DNA from: Rickettsiales bacterium
Lineage (GTDB): Bacteria; Pseudomonadota; Alphaproteobacteria; Rickettsiales; UBA8987
Direction: 5' to 3'
Assembly (NCBI GenBank): GCA_020630095.1
Contig: JAHDCD010000001.1
Span: 5,698-69,697 of the forward strand
Length of the DNA: 64,000 bases
Shown here piece after piece: positions 1 through 7,937 of the stretch. Position numbers and translations under genes: made by a program. A model generated the notes under the pieces. That model had not been told where the DNA came from. It searched no databases and saw only the letters and a list, made by a program, of their open reading frames with translations. Each line of letters begins with the position of its first letter. Position 1 is the first letter of the stretch.

Positions 1-11
1 GTGCGCGTTTA

Positions 12-986
12 TTGTTCCGCTTGTTTGAAGCTGGGTATACTATTTACAATGGTAATGGCGACCAAGTTGTTAACTTAAAAAATATCCATGAAAAGATAGT
101 TGAGTCGGAAGGTTTTGTATTTACACCTGAAGTTACTACGGAGGCTTTGTTTCAATTATCATCGGTAATTGTTGGTAAGCAAACGTGCGATAAGTACTTG
201 GATAATAAGGCGGTAATTTTAGTTAATAACGAGAATATATGGGCTGATTTTATTGAGTTGTATAATCATTTGCATAAAATGGGTACGATTCGTAAGGAAG
301 TTTTAAATTATTTTTCGGTAGTTGATAGAAATAAAGATGCGATTAGCATTTTAAATGAGGAACGTGAAACTTATACGCTAGATGAAGGTGATATTGCCAC
401 TGCAGAGGATGGTAGTTATGAGCCTGAGATAACGAATCCGAAGCCTGAACCTGATTATAATATTTGTGTGTTTTGTTCGGCTTCTATTAAAGACCCTGAA
501 TATTTAGATATGGGTTATGAGCTTGGTAAACGCATTGCGGATAATGGTATGGGTTGCGTTTCTGGGGCTGGTAAAACTGGTATTATGGGCAAGGTTGTTG
601 CAGGTTCGGTTGAGAATAATGGTTGGGCTGGTGGCTCGAACATTCCGAATATTATTGAGCTTGAAGGTTTACCGCCTGGGTTAAATGAATTTTGGGCAAG
701 GGAAGATATCTATACTAGAATGGAAGTGATGATTGAGCATTCGAATGCGTTTTTCATTATGCCGGGTGGTATGGGTACAGTGCAGGAATTTTTAGCATTA
801 ATTTTGTTGAAGAAACAAAACAATGCGTTAGCAAAGGATAAGCCAGTAATTGTAATTAATTATAAAGGATTCTGGGATCCATTAATTGAAATGGCTGGTA
901 AGCATTCAGATAAATTTGAAGTGGTTGATAATTTGGACGATGCGTTCGACATGATTAAAGATGATCAATCTAAAGCAAATAAGTAA
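12..986 (+). CDS. LOG-family (TIGR00730 / lysine-decarboxylase-like) protein with a ~150-aa N-terminal extension; the 5' end may lie outside the window
   Basis: The C-terminal half carries the LOG motifs GAGKTGIMG and PGGMGTVQE. The frame stays open from nt 3 to the TTG at nt 12. Confidence 0.65.
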   Translation: MFRLFEAGYTIYNGNGDQVVNLKNIHEKIVESEGFVFTPEVTTEALFQLSSVIVGKQTCDKYLDNKAVILVNNENIWADFIELYNHLHKMGTIRKEVLNYFSVVDRNKDAISILNEERETYTLDEGDIATAEDGSYEPEITNPKPEPDYNICVFCSASIKDPEYLDMGYELGKRIADNGMGCVSGAGKTGIMGKVVAGSVENNGWAGGSNIPNIIELEGLPPGLNEFWAREDIYTRMEVMIEHSNAFFIMPGGMGTVQEFLALILLKKQNNALAKDKPVIVINYKGFWDPLIEMAGKHSDKFEVVDNLDDAFDMIKDDQSKANK

Positions 987-1608
987 AGTATATAATCAGG
1001 GCAAGAGTAACGAGGTTGTTGTTACAGAAGGTTTTGATTTAGAAATTAAAGCGGGCGAATCTGTTGCGGTAGTTGGTAGAAGTGGTGCAGGTAAGTCGTC
1101 TATATTACATATTGCGGGGTTGTTGGATAAGCCAAATTCTGGCGAGATAATTATTAACGATAATAATGTTATTAAGTTTTCTGAAGGTAAGAAGGCAAAA
1201 ATACGTAACGAGATGATGGGGTTCGTTTATCAGTATCATCATTTATTGCATGAGTTTAGCGCGTTAGAAAATGTTATGATGCCTTTACTTATACAAGGCG
1301 TTTCTAAAGCAAAGGCAAAAGCAAAGGCTGAAGAGTTATTAGAGATTGTAGGCTTGAAGGAGCGTGGTTCGCATAGGCCTAATGAGTTATCTGGTGGTGA
1401 GCGCCAAAGAGTGGCAATTGCGAGGGCTTTAGTTAATGACCCTAAAATAATTATGGCGGATGAACCTACAGGGAATTTGGATGCCGGCACCTCTGACGGG
1501 GTTACTAATTATTTATTTGATTTGGCTAATGAAAAGAATATTTCTATGCTAATTGTTACGCACTCTAAGCAGTTAGCGAATAGATGCGACAGGAAGGTGG
1601 AGTTATGA
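961..1608 (+). CDS. lolD: Lipoprotein-releasing ABC transporter ATP-binding protein LolD
   Basis: Walker A GRSGAGKSS, LolD-type FVYQYHHLLHEFSALENVMMPLLIQG, ABC signature LSGGERQR, Walker B IIMADEPTGNLD. Confidence 0.8.
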   Translation: MINLKQISKVYNQGKSNEVVVTEGFDLEIKAGESVAVVGRSGAGKSSILHIAGLLDKPNSGEIIINDNNVIKFSEGKKAKIRNEMMGFVYQYHHLLHEFSALENVMMPLLIQGVSKAKAKAKAEELLEIVGLKERGSHRPNELSGGERQRVAIARALVNDPKIIMADEPTGNLDAGTSDGVTNYLFDLANEKNISMLIVTHSKQLANRCDRKVEL

Positions 1609-1724
1609 TTGAAATTTGGGGGTATACGATAAAATATGGTTGGAATGCGCCGACTATAATATCGGTAATTATTATATTTTTTATGTTATTCGCTTTAATA
1701 AAGGCGGCATTTAGTGACGAATAA
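1605..1724 (+). CDS. Possible 39-aa hydrophobic membrane peptide, translationally coupled to lolD (ATGA overlap)
   Basis: Read by eye: MIEIWGYTIKYGWNAPTIISVIIIFFMLFALIKAAFSDE. Its ATG overlaps the lolD stop. It has one predicted TM helix and is below the ORF-track length cutoff. Confidence 0.3.
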   Translation: MIEIWGYTIKYGWNAPTIISVIIIFFMLFALIKAAFSDE

Positions 1725-1735
1725 AGGAGTTTATT

Positions 1736-2098
1736 ATGAGAATTGATATTGATGTAAATATTGCAAAAGAAATGTTAGAAGCTGGCGACGCGGTTATATT
1801 AGATACGCGCTCGTTTGATCAGTTTTCTACAGAAACAATACAAGGCACAAAGAATATAGTGGGGCCTTGCGCAGCTAATTTGGATCAGTTCGCGGGTAAG
1901 AAAATTATCTTCCATTGTAATAAAGGTGGTGGTTCAGGTAGGCATGCGAATGCAATTGTTGATAGCTTACCTTACGATATTTATAATCTTGCAGGTGGTA
2001 TTCAAGCTTGGAAAGAAGCTGGATTAGCTACAGTTGCAGGTAGCGCCGATGATGTTATTGCAGGTGCTGATTCAGAAGTTAAATCTTGCTCTATTTAG
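1736..2098 (+). CDS. Single-domain rhodanese-like sulfurtransferase
   Basis: Active-site loop HCNKGGGSGR; about 120 aa, typical of stand-alone rhodanese domains; AGGAG RBS upstream. Confidence 0.75.
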   Translation: MRIDIDVNIAKEMLEAGDAVILDTRSFDQFSTETIQGTKNIVGPCAANLDQFAGKKIIFHCNKGGGSGRHANAIVDSLPYDIYNLAGGIQAWKEAGLATVAGSADDVIAGADSEVKSCSI

Positions 2099-2099
2099 A

Positions 2100-2813
2100 T
2101 TAAGCTACAGTCCAAGCTAGAACGCCTTTTCTATCCATTGCGCCATCCTTAATGATTTCTGCCCACATTTTATTTTCATAATTTGCATTAGCTTCTGGGA
2201 AGCCTTTTGGTTGTTTAATGGCTTCTGAAAATGCCATTGGTGGGCTATGTGCAATTGCATTGCCTATATTGGGGTTGTTGTGTTTTACAGTTACTCCGTG
2301 GAAAGTTGCTTCTGGCCATACTTCCTGTAATGCTCTTATATTTAATCCGCTTCCTACAGTTACCCAAACTTCTTTAGGGGGTTCTGATAATGGTAAGTTG
2401 GATGCTATATCAATTATACTTTGCCTAGTATCAGAATTCTCCATTCCTTCAGGAAGGACATGAGTTGAGCTATCGTTGTGATATTTTAAATTTGCTTCAC
2501 CTACTAGGGTGGTTGCATTCATTTCTGAACCTTTCCAAATTAGTTCAGCGCCTAATTCTTGGCATTCTTCTAAAATTTGAGACATTTTATCAGTTTCTGA
2601 TAGGTAGATTATAGGTTTTTTATCCAAAGCATTGGCTGCTAAAGTTAAGGCTAGTGGACCTCCGCCTAGTGATGTTGTGCAAAAAACTATATTATCTTCT
2701 GGTATTTTTTGTAGGGCGTATTCTAAAGCTATCCTTTTAATACCGCCTTCCACCTCATGTCCCATTACAATGGTAAGTCCCTCTTTTTCTGTGATATTTA
2801 TATTAAACGACAC
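2100..2813 (-). CDS. Divergent, short ACC-deaminase/D-cysteine-desulfhydrase-family (fold-type II PLP) like protein, copy 1
   Basis: EGGIKRIALEY resembles GGNKxRKLE. VTVGSGLNIRAL and HGVTVK resemble the DcyD glycine loop and following strand. The C-terminal YENKMW...VLAWT resembles VYTGKA...ILFIHTGG. It is only 237 aa, so the assignment is tentative. Confidence 0.4.
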   Translation of the reverse strand: MSFNINITEKEGLTIVMGHEVEGGIKRIALEYALQKIPEDNIVFCTTSLGGGPLALTLAANALDKKPIIYLSETDKMSQILEECQELGAELIWKGSEMNATTLVGEANLKYHNDSSTHVLPEGMENSDTRQSIIDIASNLPLSEPPKEVWVTVGSGLNIRALQEVWPEATFHGVTVKHNNPNIGNAIAHSPPMAFSEAIKQPKGFPEANANYENKMWAEIIKDGAMDRKGVLAWTVA

Positions 2814-2892
2814 ATAGTTATTATCTCATTAAAAGATTAACTTTTTGTTAAAAATTAACTTTTAATTTAGTTTTGTGGTCTATTAATAGGCT

Positions 2893-3879
2893 ATGGAAGA
2901 AATTATTTTAGGCCTAAAAGAGTATGTATATTACATTTTTAATAATGTGGTTTCGTGGCTTTTTGCGCTTAATACGTATTATCAGGCAATATTAGCGGTA
3001 GTGGCATTTATTGCGGCTAGGTATATATCTGAATATGTAATTAGAAAGTCTGGTTGGTTTAATAAGCCTAAAACTTCGGATAAGAACTTTAGATTAAAAT
3101 TCTATAAATATAGGGCGAATAAGTTGGTTATGCCATTTTTGCTTATTGTATTCATGTATTTAGCGGTGGTACTTTGTAGGTATTATTTTGGTAGCGATTT
3201 GCTGGTTAACGCGTTGAAGCGCGCGGCGATTGTTTATGCTATTTATACATTTGTTAACGCTTACGTTAGAAACCCGATAGTTAGAGCGGTTGGTTACTGG
3301 GTGGTAGTGCCAGCGATGGTATTACATACTTTTAATTATTTCTTTACCGCGGCGGAATATCTTGATGAAGTTGGATTTCAGATCGGTGAGGTAACAATTT
3401 CGATATATCGCTTATTATTAATTATTGTGGCTGCGGTTATAACTATTTGGTTATTATCTATTGCGTTTACACAATCGGAAAGAATTGCAAAACGAGAGGA
3501 GCTGAAGAACAGGCAAAGTACTGTGCTATTGGTTAAGCTGTTAGAGTTTATAGTGTTTATGATAGTGCTACTTGTGGTGCTACAGGTTATTGGTTTTAGC
3601 ATGCAGACTATTTATATTATGGCTGGCGTTATGGGAGCGGGGTTTGCATTGTCTTCCTTTAGTGTGTTTGAGAATATAATGGGCAGTATTGCGTTGTTAT
3701 TTACGCGCTCTGTGCGTGTGGGTGATTTTATTGAAATTAGTGGTTCGCGTGGGGTAGTTAGAAGAAGGACTCCGCAGGCGATTGTAATTGAAAATGAAGG
3801 GCATCAAGAAGAGCATATTCCGAATAAAATATTCTCGCGTGAAAAGGTTAAGAATTACTCTAGATACGCGCTCGTTTGA
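2893..3879 (+). pseudogene. 3'-truncated MscS-family channel gene created by the duplication junction (328 aa vs 412 aa in the intact copy)
   Basis: Identical to 4954..6192 through ...KNYS. It then reads into rhodanese-derived DNA out of frame (RYALV*). Confidence 0.7.
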
Positions 3880-4159
3880 TCAGTTTTCTACAGAAACAAT
3901 ACAAGGCACAAAGAATATAGTGGGGCCTTGCGCAGCTAATTTGGATCAGTTCGCGGGTAAGAAAATTATCTTCCATTGTAATAAAGGTGGTGGTTCAGGT
4001 AGGCATGCGAATGCAATTGTTGATAGCTTACCTTACGATATTTATAATCTTGCAGGTGGTATTCAAGCTTGGAAAGAAGCTGGATTAGCTACAGTTGCAG
4101 GTAGCGCCGATGATGTTATTGCAGGTGCTGATTCAGAAGTTAAATCTTGCTCTATTTAG
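3863..4159 (+). pseudogene. 5'-truncated second copy of the rhodanese gene (lacks the first 22 codons and its own RBS and start)
   Basis: Identical to 1802..2098. The track ORF 3788..4159 reaches it only through an out-of-frame stretch of mscS. Confidence 0.6.
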
Positions 4160-4160
4160 A

Positions 4161-4874
4161 TTAAGCTACAGTCCAAGCTAGAACGCCTTTTCTATCCATT
4201 GCGCCATCCTTAATGATTTCTGCCCACATTTTATTTTCATAATTTGCATTAGCTTCTGGGAAGCCTTTTGGTTGTTTAATGGCTTCTGAAAATGCCATTG
4301 GTGGGCTATGTGCAATTGCATTGCCTATATTGGGGTTGTTGTGTTTTACAGTTACTCCGTGGAAAGTTGCTTCTGGCCATACTTCCTGTAATGCTCTTAT
4401 ATTTAATCCGCTTCCTACAGTTACCCAAACTTCTTTAGGGGGTTCTGATAATGGTAAGTTGGATGCTATATCAATTATACTTTGCCTAGTATCAGAATTC
4501 TCCATTCCTTCAGGAAGGACATGAGTTGAGCTATCGTTGTGATATTTTAAATTTGCTTCACCTACTAGGGTGGTTGCATTCATTTCTGAACCTTTCCAAA
4601 TTAGTTCAGCGCCTAATTCTTGGCATTCTTCTAAAATTTGAGACATTTTATCAGTTTCTGATAGGTAGATTATAGGTTTTTTATCCAAAGCATTGGCTGC
4701 TAAAGTTAAGGCTAGTGGACCTCCGCCTAGTGATGTTGTGCAAAAAACTATATTATCTTCTGGTATTTTTTGTAGGGCGTATTCTAAAGCTATCCTTTTA
4801 ATACCGCCTTCCACCTCATGTCCCATTACAATGGTAAGTCCCTCTTTTTCTGTGATATTTATATTAAACGACAC
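4161..4874 (-). CDS. ACC-deaminase/DcyD-family-like protein, copy 2 (identical to 2100..2813)
   Basis: Translation identical to copy 1. Confidence 0.4.
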   Translation of the reverse strand: MSFNINITEKEGLTIVMGHEVEGGIKRIALEYALQKIPEDNIVFCTTSLGGGPLALTLAANALDKKPIIYLSETDKMSQILEECQELGAELIWKGSEMNATTLVGEANLKYHNDSSTHVLPEGMENSDTRQSIIDIASNLPLSEPPKEVWVTVGSGLNIRALQEVWPEATFHGVTVKHNNPNIGNAIAHSPPMAFSEAIKQPKGFPEANANYENKMWAEIIKDGAMDRKGVLAWTVA

Positions 4875-4953
4875 ATAGTTATTATCTCATTAAAAGATTA
4901 ACTTTTTGTTAAAAATTAACTTTTAATTTAGTTTTGTGGTCTATTAATAGGCT

Positions 4954-6192
4954 ATGGAAGAAATTATTTTAGGCCTAAAAGAGTATGTATATTACATTTT
5001 TAATAATGTGGTTTCGTGGCTTTTTGCGCTTAATACGTATTATCAGGCAATATTAGCGGTAGTGGCATTTATTGCGGCTAGGTATATATCTGAATATGTA
5101 ATTAGAAAGTCTGGTTGGTTTAATAAGCCTAAAACTTCGGATAAGAACTTTAGATTAAAATTCTATAAATATAGGGCGAATAAGTTGGTTATGCCATTTT
5201 TGCTTATTGTATTCATGTATTTAGCGGTGGTACTTTGTAGGTATTATTTTGGTAGCGATTTGCTGGTTAACGCGTTGAAGCGCGCGGCGATTGTTTATGC
5301 TATTTATACATTTGTTAACGCTTACGTTAGAAACCCGATAGTTAGAGCGGTTGGTTACTGGGTGGTAGTGCCAGCGATGGTATTACATACTTTTAATTAT
5401 TTCTTTACCGCGGCGGAATATCTTGATGAAGTTGGATTTCAGATCGGTGAGGTAACAATTTCGATATATCGCTTATTATTAATTATTGTGGCTGCGGTTA
5501 TAACTATTTGGTTATTATCTATTGCGTTTACACAATCGGAAAGAATTGCAAAACGAGAGGAGCTGAAGAACAGGCAAAGTACTGTGCTATTGGTTAAGCT
5601 GTTAGAGTTTATAGTGTTTATGATAGTGCTACTTGTGGTGCTACAGGTTATTGGTTTTAGCATGCAGACTATTTATATTATGGCTGGCGTTATGGGAGCG
5701 GGGTTTGCATTGTCTTCCTTTAGTGTGTTTGAGAATATAATGGGCAGTATTGCGTTGTTATTTACGCGCTCTGTGCGTGTGGGTGATTTTATTGAAATTA
5801 GTGGTTCGCGTGGGGTAGTTAGAAGAAGGACTCCGCAGGCGATTGTAATTGAAAATGAAGGGCATCAAGAAGAGCATATTCCGAATAAAATATTCTCGCG
5901 TGAAAAGGTTAAGAATTACTCACGCCCAAGTGATGTTAATATGTACTCGTTCGATATAGATGTTGATGTGAAGATGAAAGATATTCAATATTTACCTAAA
6001 AAAATTGAAGAGAGGTTAGAAAAAAACACCTCTATTATGCATAAGCCTTACAAGCCATATTGTTACTTAAAAGAGATAACGGGCGATAGAGCATTCTTTG
6101 TGATTGAGTATTATGCTTCTGGCGTTGAAGGGATTCATGGTCAGCGTTTTAAGAATGATGTGATGTTTGATGTATTGTCGCTAGTTCGTTAA
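4954..6192 (+). CDS. Small-conductance mechanosensitive channel (MscS family), intact copy
   Basis: Multi-TM N-terminus followed by the MscS core LLFTRSVRVGDFIEISGSRGVVRRRTPQAIVIENEGHQEEHIPNKIFSREKVKNYS. Confidence 0.85.
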   Translation: MEEIILGLKEYVYYIFNNVVSWLFALNTYYQAILAVVAFIAARYISEYVIRKSGWFNKPKTSDKNFRLKFYKYRANKLVMPFLLIVFMYLAVVLCRYYFGSDLLVNALKRAAIVYAIYTFVNAYVRNPIVRAVGYWVVVPAMVLHTFNYFFTAAEYLDEVGFQIGEVTISIYRLLLIIVAAVITIWLLSIAFTQSERIAKREELKNRQSTVLLVKLLEFIVFMIVLLVVLQVIGFSMQTIYIMAGVMGAGFALSSFSVFENIMGSIALLFTRSVRVGDFIEISGSRGVVRRRTPQAIVIENEGHQEEHIPNKIFSREKVKNYSRPSDVNMYSFDIDVDVKMKDIQYLPKKIEERLEKNTSIMHKPYKPYCYLKEITGDRAFFVIEYYASGVEGIHGQRFKNDVMFDVLSLVR

Positions 6193-6468
6193 ATCTATAG
6201 ATAGCTCAAACATTCTTATAATTCGTTTGTCGGATATTGAATAGGTAACGAATTGCTTTTCTTTTTTAATTTTTAAAAAACCATAAACTTGCATTTTTCT
6301 TAAGTGGAAAGAAGCTAGGCCATGGTCTGCCTTTAATTTTCCTGCGATCTCTTCTACTGTATGAGGTTTTTCAATTAGTAGTTTGATTATTATTAACCTA
6401 TTTGGATTTGAGAGTATTTTATGAAATTTTGAGATTTCTTCTATGTGTTTGAAATTGGTATTTTTCAT
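6181..6468 (-). CDS. ArsR/SmtB-family winged-helix transcriptional regulator (paralogue 1), no metal-sensing Cys motif
   Basis: LSNPNRLIIIKLLIEKPHTVEEIAGKLKADHGLASFHLRKMQVYGFL fits the ArsR HTH pattern (NRLxILxxL...sV.EL...l..sq..vS.HL..L...G). Confidence 0.75.
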   Translation of the reverse strand: MKNTNFKHIEEISKFHKILSNPNRLIIIKLLIEKPHTVEEIAGKLKADHGLASFHLRKMQVYGFLKIKKEKQFVTYSISDKRIIRMFELSIDLTN

Positions 6469-6498
6469 GTTTTTTGCCTAGGTGTAGGTTGTTATAAT

Positions 6499-6550
6499 AT
6501 ACGAGTATTCTTATTTATACTTATATAAGCATAAATAAGAATACTCGTAT
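6499..6550. promoter_or_regulatory. 52-bp palindrome (25 of 26 pairs) in the divergent arsR-like / fadL-like intergenic region; candidate operator
   Basis: ATACGAGTATTCTTATTTATACTTAT|ATAAGCATAAATAAGAATACTCGTAT. The only mismatch is the 6519/6530 pair. It lies 31 bp from the regulator start. Confidence 0.55.
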
Positions 6551-6689
6551 AGATGTGTAATGTTTAATTGTTAATATTTAAAGGTTTTATTTTGTTTTAG
6601 AGGCTGTCTTGTATAAAAATATCTTGCATTAGTAGTTAAGAGTATTAGCAATTAGTAATTACATTTTACTAATTCAACTTTACTCATTT

Positions 6690-7880
6690 ATGAAAAATTT
6701 CACTAAACTATCATATGTAATGGCCGGTGTAAGTGCTCTAGCTATAACATCTATTTCAAGTGACGCTAATGCTGCTGCATTCCAATTAAAGGAGCAATCG
6801 GCTGCGGGTCAAGGTAACTCATTTGCAGGTGCAACCGCTAGTCCAGAGGGGTTATCTGGTATATTTTTTAACCCTGCGGCAATTGCGGATATTGAAGGCA
6901 GAAAGGCTGAGATTGGCTTAAGCTTTATCGCTCCAGATTCTAAATGGACTGAGGCTGGTGGTACTTCAGGTAATGCGGGTGATGACGCCTTTGTACCATA
7001 TGGTTATGGTGTTATGGATTTATCGCCTAGCACTAAGCTTGGTATTGGTGTTAATGCGCCATTTGGTCTTAAAACAGAATATGGTGTTACAGAAACACCT
7101 GCGCCATTAGCTACAGTTTCTGAGCTTACTACTGTTGCTTTATCAATTGTTGCTTCAACTAGAGTTAATGAAAAGTTAGCTATTGGTGGTGGTATTATTT
7201 TACAACATGCGGAAGCTGAACTTTCTACCAACGCTTTAGTTAATGAAGGTGATGATGATCTAGGTTTAGGTTTTGTATTGGGTTTCCAGTATGAAGCTAC
7301 GGATGCTTTAACTTTAGGTTTTAACTATCGTTCACAAATTAATCATAACTTAGAAGGTGATGCAACATTGGCGGGAACATTTTTTTCTGATTTAGCGGTG
7401 GATGCATCTTTACCGGATATTGTTAGCTTTGGTGCGGCTTACCAAGTTTCAGATACTGTTGAATTAGTTGCGGATGCAACATGGACTAACTGGTCTGATT
7501 TTGAATCAATTGATTTAGAATTTGGTACTCCTGGCTTTCCATTAGGTACTGGTTTAAGTATTCCTCAGAACTATGAAAACTCATGGTTTGTAGGTCTGGG
7601 TGCTAATGTGGATGTATCTGATAACTTAACTGTTAGAACTGGTTTTGCTTATGACCAAACTCCAACTACAGATGCAGACAGAACTTTCCGTGTGCCAGAT
7701 GAGGACAGAACTTGGGCTTCTTTAGGTGCTACTTATGTTCTTGATAATGGTATCGAGATTTCTGGTGGTTATTCTCATATCTTCGTGCCAGATAATGCTG
7801 TTGTTAACGAAGGTGGTTTATCCGCTGAATTTGAAGCTGATGTTGATATTTTATCTTTATCAGTTGGCTTTAACTTCTAA
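6690..7880 (+). CDS. FadL/OmpP1/TodX-family outer-membrane transport protein
   Basis: Signal peptide ending ANA; N-terminal AAFQLKEQSAAGQGNSFAGATA...FFNPAAIA; C-terminal beta-strand ending in F (LSLSVGFNF). Confidence 0.8.
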   Translation: MKNFTKLSYVMAGVSALAITSISSDANAAAFQLKEQSAAGQGNSFAGATASPEGLSGIFFNPAAIADIEGRKAEIGLSFIAPDSKWTEAGGTSGNAGDDAFVPYGYGVMDLSPSTKLGIGVNAPFGLKTEYGVTETPAPLATVSELTTVALSIVASTRVNEKLAIGGGIILQHAEAELSTNALVNEGDDDLGLGFVLGFQYEATDALTLGFNYRSQINHNLEGDATLAGTFFSDLAVDASLPDIVSFGAAYQVSDTVELVADATWTNWSDFESIDLEFGTPGFPLGTGLSIPQNYENSWFVGLGANVDVSDNLTVRTGFAYDQTPTTDADRTFRVPDEDRTWASLGATYVLDNGIEISGGYSHIFVPDNAVVNEGGLSAEFEADVDILSLSVGFNF

Positions 7881-7889
7881 TTTAAACAA

Positions 7890-7917
7890 GGGGCGTGAAA
7901 TTATTACGCCCCTTTTC
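7890..7917 (+). terminator. Rho-independent terminator after the fadL-like gene
   Basis: GGGGCGT gaaattatt ACGCCCC followed by TTTT. Confidence 0.65.
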
Positions 7918-7937
7918 CGTTTAACGCACTGTAGCTA

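Larger units (their letters stand above)
1800..5921. repeat. Exact head-to-tail tandem duplication, unit 2,061 bp (copy 1 = 1800-3860, copy 2 = 3861-5921)
   Basis: Every ORF in the unit, including spurious antisense ones, recurs with identical translation at an offset of +2061 (2100..2813 vs 4161..4874; 2893 vs 4954; 3378..3602 vs 5439..5663). The junction was read directly at 3860/3861. Confidence 0.9.

Noticed and set aside
3788-4159. Chimeric 123-aa ORF that looks like a novel fusion protein with a rhodanese C-terminus
   Set aside because: It is created by the duplication junction. Its first ~25 codons are an out-of-frame reading of mscS, with no RBS. It is better treated as a truncated rhodanese pseudogene.
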